Position numbers and translations under genes: made by a program
Part shown: positions 63,758 through 64,000 of the stretch, in pieces
How the letters are laid out: the number at the start of each line of letters is the position of its first letter
Position numbering within the stretch: the stretch's first letter is position 1
DNA from: Squalus acanthias
Taxonomy: Eukaryota
Direction: 5' to 3'
Length of the DNA stretch: 64,000 nt
Assembly: GCA_030390025.1 (NCBI GenBank)
Contig: CM059432.1
Span: forward strand, 141,486,001-141,550,000
Notes under the pieces: generated by a model
Databases searched by the model: none
Told to the model about the DNA's origin: nothing
Seen by the model: only the letters and a program-made list of their open reading frames with translations

Positions 63758-64000
63758 TGTTGCTCAGTGGGTAGCACTCTCACCTCTGAATCTAGAAGGT
63801 TGTGGGTTCACGTCCCACTCCAGAGACTTCAGCACAATATCTAGGGAGTGTTGCACTGTCGGAGGTGCCATCTTTCGGATGAGATATTAAACCGATGCCC
63901 CGTCTACCCTCTCAGGTAGCCGTAAAAGATCCCATGGTACTATTCAAAGAAGAGCTGGGGAGTGTCCTGGGCCAATATTTATTCCCTCAACCAACATCAC
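63758..64000 (+). mobile_element. Deu-domain SINE, cut by the window end
   Basis: Head GCTCAGTGGGTAGCACTCTC and Deu core TCTTTCGGATGAGATATTAAACCG. Confidence 0.83.

Overview
Eukaryotic genomic DNA, almost certainly from a shark or other elasmobranch (HE1/V-SINE, Deu-domain SINEs, CR1, L2 and Penelope-like elements). About 60% of the window is two satellites: a 32-bp array (~1.2-8.6 kb) and a 26-bp array with kb-scale higher-order blocks (~13.1-45.1 kb). Nearly all long ORFs in the ORF track are artefacts of these arrays. The only host gene is a + strand ENTPD3-like (NTPDase3/CD39 family) gene. Five coding exons lie at 53337-63057 with consistent splice phases, and the gene continues past the window end. 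Candidate upstream 5' exons near 12.0-12.2 kb would place the 32-kb satellite inside an intron. The most notable observations are: (1) the frame is intact, but all four visible apyrase conserved regions carry unusual substitutions (DAGSPRT, ATYGMR, ISEKEEG, GGASTEI), suggesting a divergent or possibly pseudo-enzymatic paralogue; (2) Penelope-derived, TSD-flanked intronic insertions, two of them fold-back palindromes, provide two sense-strand minimal hammerhead ribozyme motifs; (3) a CR1 LINE has a twin-priming-like 5' inversion; (4) a tandem array of branch-point motifs sits just upstream of one exon. All family assignments are by eye and from memory of consensus sequences; no searches were run.
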